A DNA stretch of 39,770 bases from an archaeon (GTDB lineage: Archaea; Micrarchaeota; Micrarchaeia; Anstonellales; Bilamarchaeaceae), in contig JAGVON010000046.1 of assembly GCA_020052735.1 (NCBI GenBank), positions 1-39,770 on the forward strand, in the 5' to 3' direction. The translations under genes were made by a program, and so were the position numbers. How positions within the stretch are numbered: position 1 is the stretch's first letter; every line of letters starts with the position of its first letter. The notes under the pieces were generated by a model. That model searched no databases. It was given only the letters and a program-made list of their open reading frames with translations, and was not told the origin of the DNA. Below, in pieces: positions 8,660-17,436 of this stretch.

Positions 8660-9648
8660 CTGAACCTGGCAAAAAAATCACAGTCCTCTTCACTGGCGCA
8701 GGGGGCGCAGGAACGATATACATCCTTAAGCATCTCAAGCGCCATGGGATTTTCAGGACCATTGCGATCGACATGGACAAGTACGCGCCTGGGTTATACT
8801 TCGCAGATGCCGGATACGTCGTGCCGCCGGTAGGTTCTGAAGATTACTTCCCAAAAGTGGAAGAGATAATCAAACGTGAGAAAGTGGATGTGGCCGTTCC
8901 GCTAATAGATGAAGAACTCATCGGATTCTGCGGCCTGACCGAAAAAATCGGGGGGCTGGAAGTCCTCCTCCCAAAAAAGCAATTCGTGGAGATGGCAGTG
9001 GACAAGCTAAGGATGGCTAATGAGTTTTCCGGGAAAGGCATACCGGTGCCGGAAAGCTCCAAATTTGAAAAGGGCGCAAATGCGCATAAATACCCATTCG
9101 TAATCAAACCGCGTTTTAGCCGGGGGAGCCGCGGATTTGCGGTGATAAGGGCTGCCCGGGAACTGGATGCGTACCTTTCCTCCACAAAATTTCCAATTGA
9201 ACAGCTGATGGTGCAGCATTTCGTGGATGGAACGGAGTACACCGTGTCCGCGGTTGTTTCCAAGGACGGCAAACTGCTCGCGGTGGTGCCTAAGGAGGTA
9301 ATCACCAAGAGGGGGATAACCCAGGTCGGCATTACGCGCAAAGACAAGAAGATAGAAGAATTGTGCCATGCAATCAATGAAAAATTTGAGCCGTGCGGGC
9401 CTTTCAACGTGCAACTGATAACTGATAAGAAGGATGGCAATCCATACGTAATAGAAGTGAACCCCCGTTACTCCACCACGGTTGCGCTCACGATTGAAGC
9501 AGGCGTTGACGAAGTCGGCTCCTTGATACTGGACCGCATGGGAAGGAAATTCGGCATAAACCGTGATTTCAGGGAGAATCTGGCGATGCTCAGGTATTAT
9601 GAGCAGGTGTTCCTGGAAGAAAACACGATTAAGGGTTTGCTTAGATGA
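8656..9648 (+). CDS. ATP-grasp ligase
   Basis: 'PFVIKPRFSRGSRGF' and 'YVIEVNPRYS' ATP-grasp signatures. ATGA overlap with the upstream gene. Confidence 0.75.
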   Translation: MTEPGKKITVLFTGAGGAGTIYILKHLKRHGIFRTIAIDMDKYAPGLYFADAGYVVPPVGSEDYFPKVEEIIKREKVDVAVPLIDEELIGFCGLTEKIGGLEVLLPKKQFVEMAVDKLRMANEFSGKGIPVPESSKFEKGANAHKYPFVIKPRFSRGSRGFAVIRAARELDAYLSSTKFPIEQLMVQHFVDGTEYTVSAVVSKDGKLLAVVPKEVITKRGITQVGITRKDKKIEELCHAINEKFEPCGPFNVQLITDKKDGNPYVIEVNPRYSTTVALTIEAGVDEVGSLILDRMGRKFGINRDFRENLAMLRYYEQVFLEENTIKGLLR

Positions 9649-10559
9649 GAATACTGCTTACCGGTGCCTCTGGATATCTTGCATCTGCCCTCATCCCTAA
9701 GGTTGCGGGGGAGCATGATGTGGTTGGCCTTGCGCTAGGAGGAAAAACAAGCGCAGAAGAAAAGATTGGGATGGAGGAATGCGACCTAACGGATTATGGG
9801 CAAATCAAGGATGTGTTCGGGAGAAATGATTTTGATTGCGTTGTGCACCTCGCTGGACTCGTGAGGATATCCCCGGATCTGGTTGGCGACAGTTCTGCAA
9901 AGGAATTATTTGAAGCCAATGTAATCGGTACACTTAACCTCCTTAGCTGCGCCACCGAGAATGGAGCTAATTTCATATTCGCATCTTCCATGACGGTCTA
10001 CGGCCTGCCGGAATACCTGCCCGTAGACGAAGGGCACCCGCTGAAACCGGCCAGCATCTATGGGCTATCAAAAAAACAGGCGGAAGAGTGCGTTGAATTT
10101 TTCTCTAAAAACACGAAGATGAAATCCCTAGTTTTCCGGTTTCCTGGCCTCTTTGGGGGAAAACGCAGGGATGGAGCCGTGTACAATTTCATCAGAAATG
10201 CCCTGCAAAACAAGCCAATAGAGATAAGGATGGGTGGGAGGGAGGTATGGGACATCCTGCACGTGGAGGATGCTGCAGATTCTTTAGCCAGGGGCATGGA
10301 TTACTTGGCAAAAGCCAACAGGCAGTTTGAAATTTTCAACGTGGGTTATCAGGACATTACGGAAGTGCGCGGTTTTGCAGAAAAAATAATCTCCATGGCA
10401 GGCTCGTCCTCTGAAATCAAGGTCACGGGCACTGGGGAAAGCATCCCATTCGGGCTTGATGCAAGAAAAATAGGTGGGGAGATGGATTTCAGACCGCGGC
10501 CGCTTTCAAAGAGGCTTGATGAGATGATAGCCGCGATGAGGGGTGATTTGGCTGATTAA
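9645..10559 (+). CDS. NAD-dependent epimerase/dehydratase (extended SDR)
   Basis: 'ILLTGASGYLASAL' (GxxGxxG) and 'YGLSKKQAE' (YxxxK). ATGA overlap with the upstream gene. Confidence 0.8.
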   Translation: MRILLTGASGYLASALIPKVAGEHDVVGLALGGKTSAEEKIGMEECDLTDYGQIKDVFGRNDFDCVVHLAGLVRISPDLVGDSSAKELFEANVIGTLNLLSCATENGANFIFASSMTVYGLPEYLPVDEGHPLKPASIYGLSKKQAEECVEFFSKNTKMKSLVFRFPGLFGGKRRDGAVYNFIRNALQNKPIEIRMGGREVWDILHVEDAADSLARGMDYLAKANRQFEIFNVGYQDITEVRGFAEKIISMAGSSSEIKVTGTGESIPFGLDARKIGGEMDFRPRPLSKRLDEMIAAMRGDLAD

Positions 10560-11214
10560 GCTGCTTATATTTGATTTTGACGGGACCCTGTTCGATGCAA
10601 AGGACTATTTCCATCTGGCCTTTGGCTACATAGGCGACTGGCTCAGCAAGGATTACGGAATAGAAAAGGGGGCTGCTGCCAGGGCCATGGAAAAGGTCCT
10701 TGAAGGAAAGGGCGTCAGCTACAAGAAAATCTTCAACGACTCTTTTGCTGCCCTTGGATTGAAGGACGAAGGGGCGGTCCGCAAGGCGGTTGAACTGTTC
10801 CACCGCATACCTCTGGACGGCCTCAAGCCGTACCCTGATGTGGCTGTGCTGAAGCAGCTAAAAGAACAATACGATATCGCCATAGTAACACAGGGCAGCA
10901 GGGTCAAGCAGGAAAGAAAAATCGCCTGGTTCGGGCTGGACAAGGTTGTGGATGAGGTGGTATACGCACAGGATGTGGGCTATCTCAAGCCCGACCCGCG
11001 CCTCTACGAGGAGGTTCTGGAAAGATTTGGCCACAAGGCTTCTGAGAGCATGGTTGTGGGCGACAACCCCATAATGGACTTCCCGGGTGCGAAGGCCCTC
11101 GGCATCATGACCTGCAGGGTGGTGAGGGGCGATTTTGCGGATGTGCCGGACATATGCTGCGACATAAGGCTGGACTCCCTGAAAGAAGTGCGGGAGTTTC
11201 TGGAAAAAGCATGA
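10543..11214 (+). CDS. HAD-superfamily hydrolase
   Basis: GTG start. 'LLIFDFDGTLFD' is motif I and 'VVGDNPIMDFPGAKALG' is motif IV. 17-nt overlap with the upstream gene. Confidence 0.75.
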   Translation: MIWLIKLLIFDFDGTLFDAKDYFHLAFGYIGDWLSKDYGIEKGAAARAMEKVLEGKGVSYKKIFNDSFAALGLKDEGAVRKAVELFHRIPLDGLKPYPDVAVLKQLKEQYDIAIVTQGSRVKQERKIAWFGLDKVVDEVVYAQDVGYLKPDPRLYEEVLERFGHKASESMVVGDNPIMDFPGAKALGIMTCRVVRGDFADVPDICCDIRLDSLKEVREFLEKA

Positions 11215-11229
11215 GGGCGAGGGGCAGGG

Positions 11230-12033
11230 CTATGGACGACCCTGCAGCTCTTTCTTCAGGAACTCCTCTGTTTTGTTGTGATAACTCGCATAGTTGATGA
11301 GCTTTCCTACGGGCGGTTTTTTAATCCACTTGTCTTCAATCGGCCTGAGTTCAACTGCACTGATGACACCGCCTAGCTTTTTGGCGATTACGAGGGTAAC
11401 GAAATCTATGGTGAGCATCTCACGGTGGTACATTTTTTCAAAACGATTGGCCTTCACTTCCAGAACTGGATAGATCTTCATGAGTAGGTCGGCCCGTACC
11501 GCGTTGAACCCGGGGCAAAACTGCGGTATTGCCATTCCCAGGAATCTCCTGCTTTCCATCAAGCCGAAAAACCTGTTGAACCAGCCCGTCAGCAGCCCAT
11601 TTCTGCCGTTGTATTTGACGTAGCCAACTGATATGCTAGATGCTCCTGAAAGTATGGGCTTGATCAAATTCGCTATGTCCTCGGGCTGGTGCTCAAGGTC
11701 GGAATCCATCCTGACGATAATCGTTTCGGCTGGCGGCAGGCATGTGCGGTCTATTTCTTCAAGGGAGGCCTTAACTCCATCAAGTATCGCCTTTGCTGGC
11801 CCGATGTTCTTGTCCTTATTGATTACTTCCAAGAATTGGAACCTGCCTTTCAATCCGGCCAGAATTGCTCGTGTGGAATCGGTGCTTCCGTCGTTGACAA
11901 TCGTCACTAATCTTAGGAGGACACCGGACTTTTCCAGTTCTTTAGCTATCTCGCTTATTCTTAAGACAAGACCTGAAATCGACCTCTCAACGTTGTAGGC
12001 GGGAGCATAGATTATTAAATTCCATTTTGCCAT
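11230..12033 (-). CDS. GT2 glycosyltransferase, polyprenol/dolichol-phosphate hexose synthase-like
   Basis: 'IYAPAYNVERSI', 'VNDGSTDST' and 'RMDSDLEHQPEDI' (DxD region). Confidence 0.8.
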   Translation of the reverse strand: MAKWNLIIYAPAYNVERSISGLVLRISEIAKELEKSGVLLRLVTIVNDGSTDSTRAILAGLKGRFQFLEVINKDKNIGPAKAILDGVKASLEEIDRTCLPPAETIIVRMDSDLEHQPEDIANLIKPILSGASSISVGYVKYNGRNGLLTGWFNRFFGLMESRRFLGMAIPQFCPGFNAVRADLLMKIYPVLEVKANRFEKMYHREMLTIDFVTLVIAKKLGGVISAVELRPIEDKWIKKPPVGKLINYASYHNKTEEFLKKELQGRP

Positions 12034-12054
12034 AGGATAGTCTAACCTGTCATT

Positions 12055-12063
12055 CTTTTATTG
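12055..12063 (-). promoter_or_regulatory. TATA-box-like element upstream of the GT2 gene
   Basis: 'cttttattg' (minus strand CAATAAAAG) is centred about 26 nt from the ATG at 12033, in a 42-bp divergent gap. Confidence 0.3.
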
Positions 12064-12075
12064 ATTGGTGAAACG

Positions 12076-13056
12076 ATGAAAATGCTTGTCGTTGGCTGCG
12101 GCTCCATTGGGAGGAGGCACATGAAGAACATCCTTTCCCTCGGGCATGAGGCGGTGGGGGTGGACCTCAATGCCGAGTATAAGGAATGGGTGGAAAAGAA
12201 CCTCGGGATAAAGGCCTACGGTGACGTGGAAAAGGCGGTTGCTGCGGAAAAGCCGCAGGCCTGCCTCGTGTGCACCCCGCCGAGCAGCCATATCGCGATT
12301 GCTAATCTTGCGCTTGAGAACGGGCTGCACGTGTTCATAGAGAAGCCGCTGTCCAATTCGCTGGACGGGGTGGATGGGCTCATAAGGAAGGCGAAGAAGA
12401 AGGGGCTTCGGGTTGCGGTCGGATACAACCTGCGGTTCAACAAGGGGCTGGGGAAGTTGAAGGAGCTGCTGGATGCCGGGGCAATCGGTAAGCCGCTCTA
12501 TGCAAGGATAATCGTCGCGCAATACCTCCCGGACTGGAGGCCGTGGCAGGACTATAGGAAGAGCTACACCTCAAGCAGGAGCATGGGCGGCGGGGTGCTG
12601 CTGGATTCTTCGCATGAGCTGGATTACGCGAGGTGGCTGCTCGGCGAGGCGGAGGGCGTCACCTGCGTTGCGAAGAAGGTGAGCGGGCTGGAGGTGGATA
12701 CCGAGGATAATGCGGATGTGATACTTGAGCTCAAGAGTGGGGCGGTTGCGAACATCCACATGGACTTCGTGAGGCGGGGCTACAGGCGGGGCTGCGAGAT
12801 AGCCGGCGAAAAAGGAAATTTGGAATTGGTGTTCGGGGAGAAGGTGGAGTGGTTTGACGGCGAGACGAAGGAGACGAAAACTTTTGATGTGGGGGCAGAC
12901 CCGAACGAGATGTATGTGGAAGAGATAAGGAACTTCGTGGATTGCATACAGCACAAGAAGGAGCCGCGGGTGGATGCGGAGGAAGGGAGGAAGACGCTCC
13001 TGCTCGTGCTGAAGGCGAAGGAGGCGGCGGAGAAGGGGAAGGCTGTGAGGGTTTAG
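12076..13056 (+). CDS. Gfo/Idh/MocA-family NAD(P)-dependent sugar oxidoreductase
   Basis: 'MKMLVVGCGSIGRRH' Rossmann N-terminus and the 'VFIEKPL' EKP motif. ATG at 12076 is preferred over the tracked TTG at 12061. Confidence 0.8.
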   Translation: MKMLVVGCGSIGRRHMKNILSLGHEAVGVDLNAEYKEWVEKNLGIKAYGDVEKAVAAEKPQACLVCTPPSSHIAIANLALENGLHVFIEKPLSNSLDGVDGLIRKAKKKGLRVAVGYNLRFNKGLGKLKELLDAGAIGKPLYARIIVAQYLPDWRPWQDYRKSYTSSRSMGGGVLLDSSHELDYARWLLGEAEGVTCVAKKVSGLEVDTEDNADVILELKSGAVANIHMDFVRRGYRRGCEIAGEKGNLELVFGEKVEWFDGETKETKTFDVGADPNEMYVEEIRNFVDCIQHKKEPRVDAEEGRKTLLLVLKAKEAAEKGKAVRV

Positions 13057-13057
13057 C

Positions 13058-13819
13058 ATGAAAACCGTGATAGTCATACAGTCGCGGATGGGGGCGAGCC
13101 GGCTGCCGGGAAAATCGCTCATGGATATAGAGGGCAAGCCGCTCATCTGGCATGTGGTGGAGAGGGCGAGGCGCTCAAGGGAGTCGGACGAGGTCGTGCT
13201 TGCGACGACGACAGAGAAGGCGGATGACGGGATTGCCGAATTCGCAAAAAACAACGGGATACAGTGCTTCAGGGGGAGCCTGGAGGACGTGCTGGATAGG
13301 TATTACCAGGCGGCAAAAGCGGCGAAGGCGGATGTGGTCGTGAGGGTGACCGGGGATTCGCCGCTGGTGGATCCGCTCCTCATAGACGAGGCGGTGGGGA
13401 TATTCAAGGGCGGGAAGTATGACTATGTAAGCAACGGGCAGAAGCCATGGATGGACGGGTTTGACGTGGAGGTGTTCAGCTTCGCCGCGCTGGAGGACGC
13501 GTGGAAGAACGCGGCCATGGCTTCGGAGAGGGAGCACGTGACGCCGTACCTCAAGAACAACGCGAAGTTCAGGAGATTCTACATGAAGAACGACCCGCGG
13601 TTTGACGGGGTGCAGTGCAGCGTGGACAGGAAGGAGGACCTTGAGTTCGTGCGTGCGGTCTACAGGGAGATGCTCGGCAGCGGCAAGGGCCACACATTCT
13701 CATACAAGGACGTGATGGCGCTCCTGGAGAGGAGGCCGGAGCTGCTGGAAATGAACAAGAACAGCGTCGTGAATGAAGGGTACTACAAATCACTGACGGA
13801 GGACAGGAAGGTCAAGTGA
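13058..13819 (+). CDS. SpsF/PseF-type cytidylyltransferase (CTP_transf_3-like)
   Basis: 'VIVIQSRMGASRLPGKSLMDIEGKPLIWHVVERA' and 'VRVTGDSPLVDP'. Confidence 0.7.
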   Translation: MKTVIVIQSRMGASRLPGKSLMDIEGKPLIWHVVERARRSRESDEVVLATTTEKADDGIAEFAKNNGIQCFRGSLEDVLDRYYQAAKAAKADVVVRVTGDSPLVDPLLIDEAVGIFKGGKYDYVSNGQKPWMDGFDVEVFSFAALEDAWKNAAMASEREHVTPYLKNNAKFRRFYMKNDPRFDGVQCSVDRKEDLEFVRAVYREMLGSGKGHTFSYKDVMALLERRPELLEMNKNSVVNEGYYKSLTEDRKVK

Positions 13820-15122
13820 GGCGCTGGAAGCCGGAGTGCGCAACCGGCCCCTTCAGCATCTTCTCCACGGATTTGCCGCCTATCGCTTTCTTTATCGTGC
13901 CGAAAACCTCACCCACGGCCTCGCCGTACTTTTCTATGTCATCTTCGTTGTGCGAGTAAGAGACGTAGAAAGCCCGGGAGGCGAGATAGCCCTTCCCCAG
14001 CATCTCCTGGGTGAAGAGCGTCGCGATGGCCTGCTTGTCCGGATAATTGAAGTCAAAATGCATAAGCGGGGGGAAGTCAAAATCCACGTGGATGTCCAGC
14101 CCATTCTCCTTTGCCGCCTTCTCCCATGCCTCGCCTGCCTTCTTCCCTATGCGGATGAGGTGCGCGGGGACGTTTTTCTGCTCCATCTTTCCCAGCGTGG
14201 CAAGGGCGGCCGCGGTGCCTACGCCCTCCGTCCAGAAGGTGCTGCTTATGAAGGAGACCTGCGCGACGTCCATCACTTCCCGCCTGCCAACGATTGCGCC
14301 GCACGGGTAGCCGTTGCCCAAGGCCTTCCCGAACACGGCGATGTCCGGCTCCACCCCGTGCAGCTGGTACACGCCGCCGAGGTTCATCCTGAAGCCCGAG
14401 GTTATCTCATCAAATATGAGGGGCGCGCCAACCTCATCGGCAATCTTCCTCACCTTCTGGAGGAATCCTCCTTCCGGCTTCTTGTTCCTCTGGACCTCCA
14501 TGACTATCGCGCCTATGTCCTTGTCCTTTTCCACAATCCGCTCAAGCTCCGCTATCTTGTTGTAATGGAAGGGGATGGAGCTGCCTGCGAGGTGCTTGGG
14601 CACGCCGCGTGGCTCCAGGCCAGATAAGAGGTGGTCGTTCAGCCCGGACGCATCGCCCAAGTTGGTGGCTAAGTACCAGTCGTGCCAGCCGTGGTAGCCG
14701 CAAAATATGATTTTGCTCTTCCTGGAATGGCCGCGGGCAATCCTCACCGCGACGGCCATGCTCTCCCCGCCGGTCCTTGCGAAGCGGACCATGCCGGCCC
14801 ACTTGTTGAGGGAAAGGAGCTTCTCGGCTAGTTCCACTTCTTCGGGGCAGTTGAGCGTGGCCATGCTGCCGTTGTCTATGCGTTTTTTTACTGCGGCGTC
14901 CACGTCGTCATCTGCATACCCGAGGATGCAGGCGCCCACGCCCATGGTTGTCATATCGGCGTACTTATTTCCGTCCAGGTCCCAGATGTTTATCCCCTTT
15001 GCCCTGGAATAGTAGGAAGGCCACTGGTCCGGGAGAAACATCTCCGAACGCTTGGAAAGCAGCTGGGAGCCACCGGGTATCAGTTTCTTCGCCTTTTTCC
15101 ACAGTTCCTGGCCCTTGCCCAT
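13812..15122 (-). CDS. Class III PLP aminotransferase (glutamate-1-semialdehyde aminomutase-like)
   Basis: 436 aa. 'FCGYHGWHDW', 'LIFDEITSGFR' and the PLP-lysine context 'DIAVFGKALGNGYP'. Confidence 0.8.
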   Translation of the reverse strand: MGKGQELWKKAKKLIPGGSQLLSKRSEMFLPDQWPSYYSRAKGINIWDLDGNKYADMTTMGVGACILGYADDDVDAAVKKRIDNGSMATLNCPEEVELAEKLLSLNKWAGMVRFARTGGESMAVAVRIARGHSRKSKIIFCGYHGWHDWYLATNLGDASGLNDHLLSGLEPRGVPKHLAGSSIPFHYNKIAELERIVEKDKDIGAIVMEVQRNKKPEGGFLQKVRKIADEVGAPLIFDEITSGFRMNLGGVYQLHGVEPDIAVFGKALGNGYPCGAIVGRREVMDVAQVSFISSTFWTEGVGTAAALATLGKMEQKNVPAHLIRIGKKAGEAWEKAAKENGLDIHVDFDFPPLMHFDFNYPDKQAIATLFTQEMLGKGYLASRAFYVSYSHNEDDIEKYGEAVGEVFGTIKKAIGGKSVEKMLKGPVAHSGFQRLT

Positions 15123-15131
15123 GAGAACACC

Positions 15132-15671
15132 TCAGATTTTTTTGACCGCCATTACGATTCTGTCGTACAACTTATTATCATGCCTTATCGCGTTCTTCTC
15201 AACACGTTCCACGCGGAAGCCCGCCTTCCCATAAACCTTTATCGCCGCCGCGTTCTCGGAAATCACGCCCAGATCCACTTCCTCCATGCCCAGGTTGCTG
15301 AACGCCCAGCCGACCAAGAGCTTAACTGCTTCCGTGCCGAACCCCTTGCCCCAGTAATCCTTGTCCCCCACCAAAAGGCCGAGGGTGGCGGTTTTCCTCC
15401 CGAAATCAATCGGCTCCAGCTTTATGTTCCCGATGTGCTTCCCGCCTTCCTTGGTGAAGATGCCGAGGAAGATGCAGCCCGGGCTGGCGTTCTTCTTCAT
15501 TATGTAATCCTTCAATTCCAGTATTGTGGTGCTGCGCGTCTCCAGGTAGGCATTGACCTCGGGGTCGTTTAGCCAGCTGCAGTAATCCTGGTTTGCGTCC
15601 TTCTCCCCAAGCGTCCGCAGGTATATGTGAACCCCATCAATGCGCAATTCCTTGCCTGTCTGTGGAGCCAT
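15132..15671 (-). CDS. GNAT N-acetyltransferase (RimJ/RimL-like)
   Basis: 179 aa. 'YCSWLNDPEVNAYLE' and 'YWGKGFGTEAVKLLV'. Confidence 0.8.
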   Translation of the reverse strand: MAPQTGKELRIDGVHIYLRTLGEKDANQDYCSWLNDPEVNAYLETRSTTILELKDYIMKKNASPGCIFLGIFTKEGGKHIGNIKLEPIDFGRKTATLGLLVGDKDYWGKGFGTEAVKLLVGWAFSNLGMEEVDLGVISENAAAIKVYGKAGFRVERVEKNAIRHDNKLYDRIVMAVKKI

Positions 15672-15753
15672 GTGTTTTGCCTTCGGAAAATCCGATGCTG
15701 ATTACTGAAACCATGCTTAAATACCTGCGCATCCGAACCGGCAAACGGCGGGG

Positions 15754-17436
15754 CTATGAGAACCGCTCAAAAAAGCCGATGACGCTTCGGATGCGGCCCT
15801 CCGGGACATTGAACCTTCTGAGGCCGGACTCAATCAATTCGGTTTCCTCCTTCCCGAAGCATTTCAGGAACAGGAGCAGGACGAAATAGGCGGATGCGGC
15901 GATTGCGACCAGCAGGCCGAACAGAGATGCCTGGTACGCCTTCCTGAGCAGCGCGCCCGCAAGGTCATCCTGCGAAACAAGGGATTGGAGGCCTGATGCG
16001 AACCCGTCCATGAGGGCGGATATCGCACCCTTCAGGAGGAATAGCGCGAGCAGCAGAATTAGCCCGGCAACCAGTGGCTTGTATATGTCACGTGGCACGG
16101 AGAAGCTGAATATCTTCCTTGAGTAGTATACGATGACGGCGAACAGTGCAATCATGGAAAGCAGGGAACCAAGCGCTGCGCCGTCTATGCCCCAAACCGG
16201 GATGAGAAGGTAATTGAACGCGACATTCGTTATTACGGCTATGCCCGCTGCCTTGAATTCCACGTCAAGCCGCCTCATGCTCGCAAGAACATTGCCGGGG
16301 GGGGAAAAAACCGATCGGATGAACAGCCCTATCACGAAGAGGAGGAGGACGGTCTCGCCCTGGGCGTAGAAGCCGCCGTAGAGCAGCTGGAGCAGCTCCT
16401 TGCCGAACACCACCATTATGGCCGTGACCGGGACCGCCAGCATCACGGTCCATTTCATTGATATGCTCATCGTCCTTTTGATGCCCTCAAAATCCCCCTT
16501 GCCGTAAAGCTCGGAAACCACCGGGAAGAATATGGCGAGGATCGCGTTCGGGAAAACGAGCGCCAGCGTGGAGAGCCCGGACGCGATGCTGTAGACGGCT
16601 ATCGCGTCCAGCGAATCTGGGAGCATCATGCTGAGCATTATCCTGTCCACATACTGGAACGTAACCCAGATGAAATTGATGAGGGTGACCACGATGCCGA
16701 AATAGATTATCTCCTTGCTGAACGAAACCTGCTCCTGCAGGGTGAAGCTCCCCTCCTCAAGCTTCCATTTTTTTGATTCCTGCCAGACCCAATAGCAGCC
16801 AAGTGGGATTACGAACAGGAAGGGTATGAGGAACCCAAGCGAAATGGTCTGGGCGCTTGCACCCACTGCGTAGAAAAGGGCCAGGGTTATGATTAGCTTC
16901 AGGGTGTTCTGGATCGCCTCCAGGCTCTGGGACTCCCGCATCTTTTTCCTTCCTGAAAGCACGCCGGTGTTGATGTCGTTAAGTTCCTTGAAAAGCAGCC
17001 ATGCGGTCATTATCTGCAATACCGGCTCTATGGACGGCTGGCCCACCAGCCGGGAGATGTCCCCAGCGAAAATGAACGTAAGGAAAACGAACAGGAGCGT
17101 GAGGCCGCCGCCAACGAAATAGCTCAGCTTGAGGAGATTCCGCAGCTTCCCAATCTCTTTCTTTCCGTAAAAATAGGGGACGTACCTGGACAGGGAGGAG
17201 AGCAGCCCCAGGTCCGTGAATATGAAGAGGACCCCAAGGACGCTGAGGACGAGATAGAAGGTGCCCACGTCCTCGGGGGAAACGAGCCGGGCGACAAGTA
17301 TGGTATATACAAATGCGATTATCTTGTTGATTATGTTGAAGAAAAGGGTCCAGAACGAACCCTTGGCTATCGTGCTTGACTCTGACATTGGTGGATATTT
17401 GGGGAATATGGGTTTAATATAATAGGGCGTGCTCAT
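15754..17436 (-). CDS. MOP-superfamily (Wzx/AglR-like) oligosaccharide flippase
   Basis: 560 aa, almost entirely hydrophobic helices (at least 12 segments). ATGA overlap with the upstream gene supports the start at 17436. Confidence 0.75.
   Translation of the reverse strand: MSTPYYIKPIFPKYPPMSESSTIAKGSFWTLFFNIINKIIAFVYTILVARLVSPEDVGTFYLVLSVLGVLFIFTDLGLLSSLSRYVPYFYGKKEIGKLRNLLKLSYFVGGGLTLLFVFLTFIFAGDISRLVGQPSIEPVLQIMTAWLLFKELNDINTGVLSGRKKMRESQSLEAIQNTLKLIITLALFYAVGASAQTISLGFLIPFLFVIPLGCYWVWQESKKWKLEEGSFTLQEQVSFSKEIIYFGIVVTLINFIWVTFQYVDRIMLSMMLPDSLDAIAVYSIASGLSTLALVFPNAILAIFFPVVSELYGKGDFEGIKRTMSISMKWTVMLAVPVTAIMVVFGKELLQLLYGGFYAQGETVLLLFVIGLFIRSVFSPPGNVLASMRRLDVEFKAAGIAVITNVAFNYLLIPVWGIDGAALGSLLSMIALFAVIVYYSRKIFSFSVPRDIYKPLVAGLILLLALFLLKGAISALMDGFASGLQSLVSQDDLAGALLRKAYQASLFGLLVAIAASAYFVLLLFLKCFGKEETELIESGLRRFNVPEGRIRSVIGFFERFS

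Noticed and set aside
12571-14627. Several 140-263-aa ORFs antisense to the oxidoreductase, cytidylyltransferase and aminotransferase genes
   Set aside because: Same shadow-frame signature. The sense ORFs carry the family motifs.
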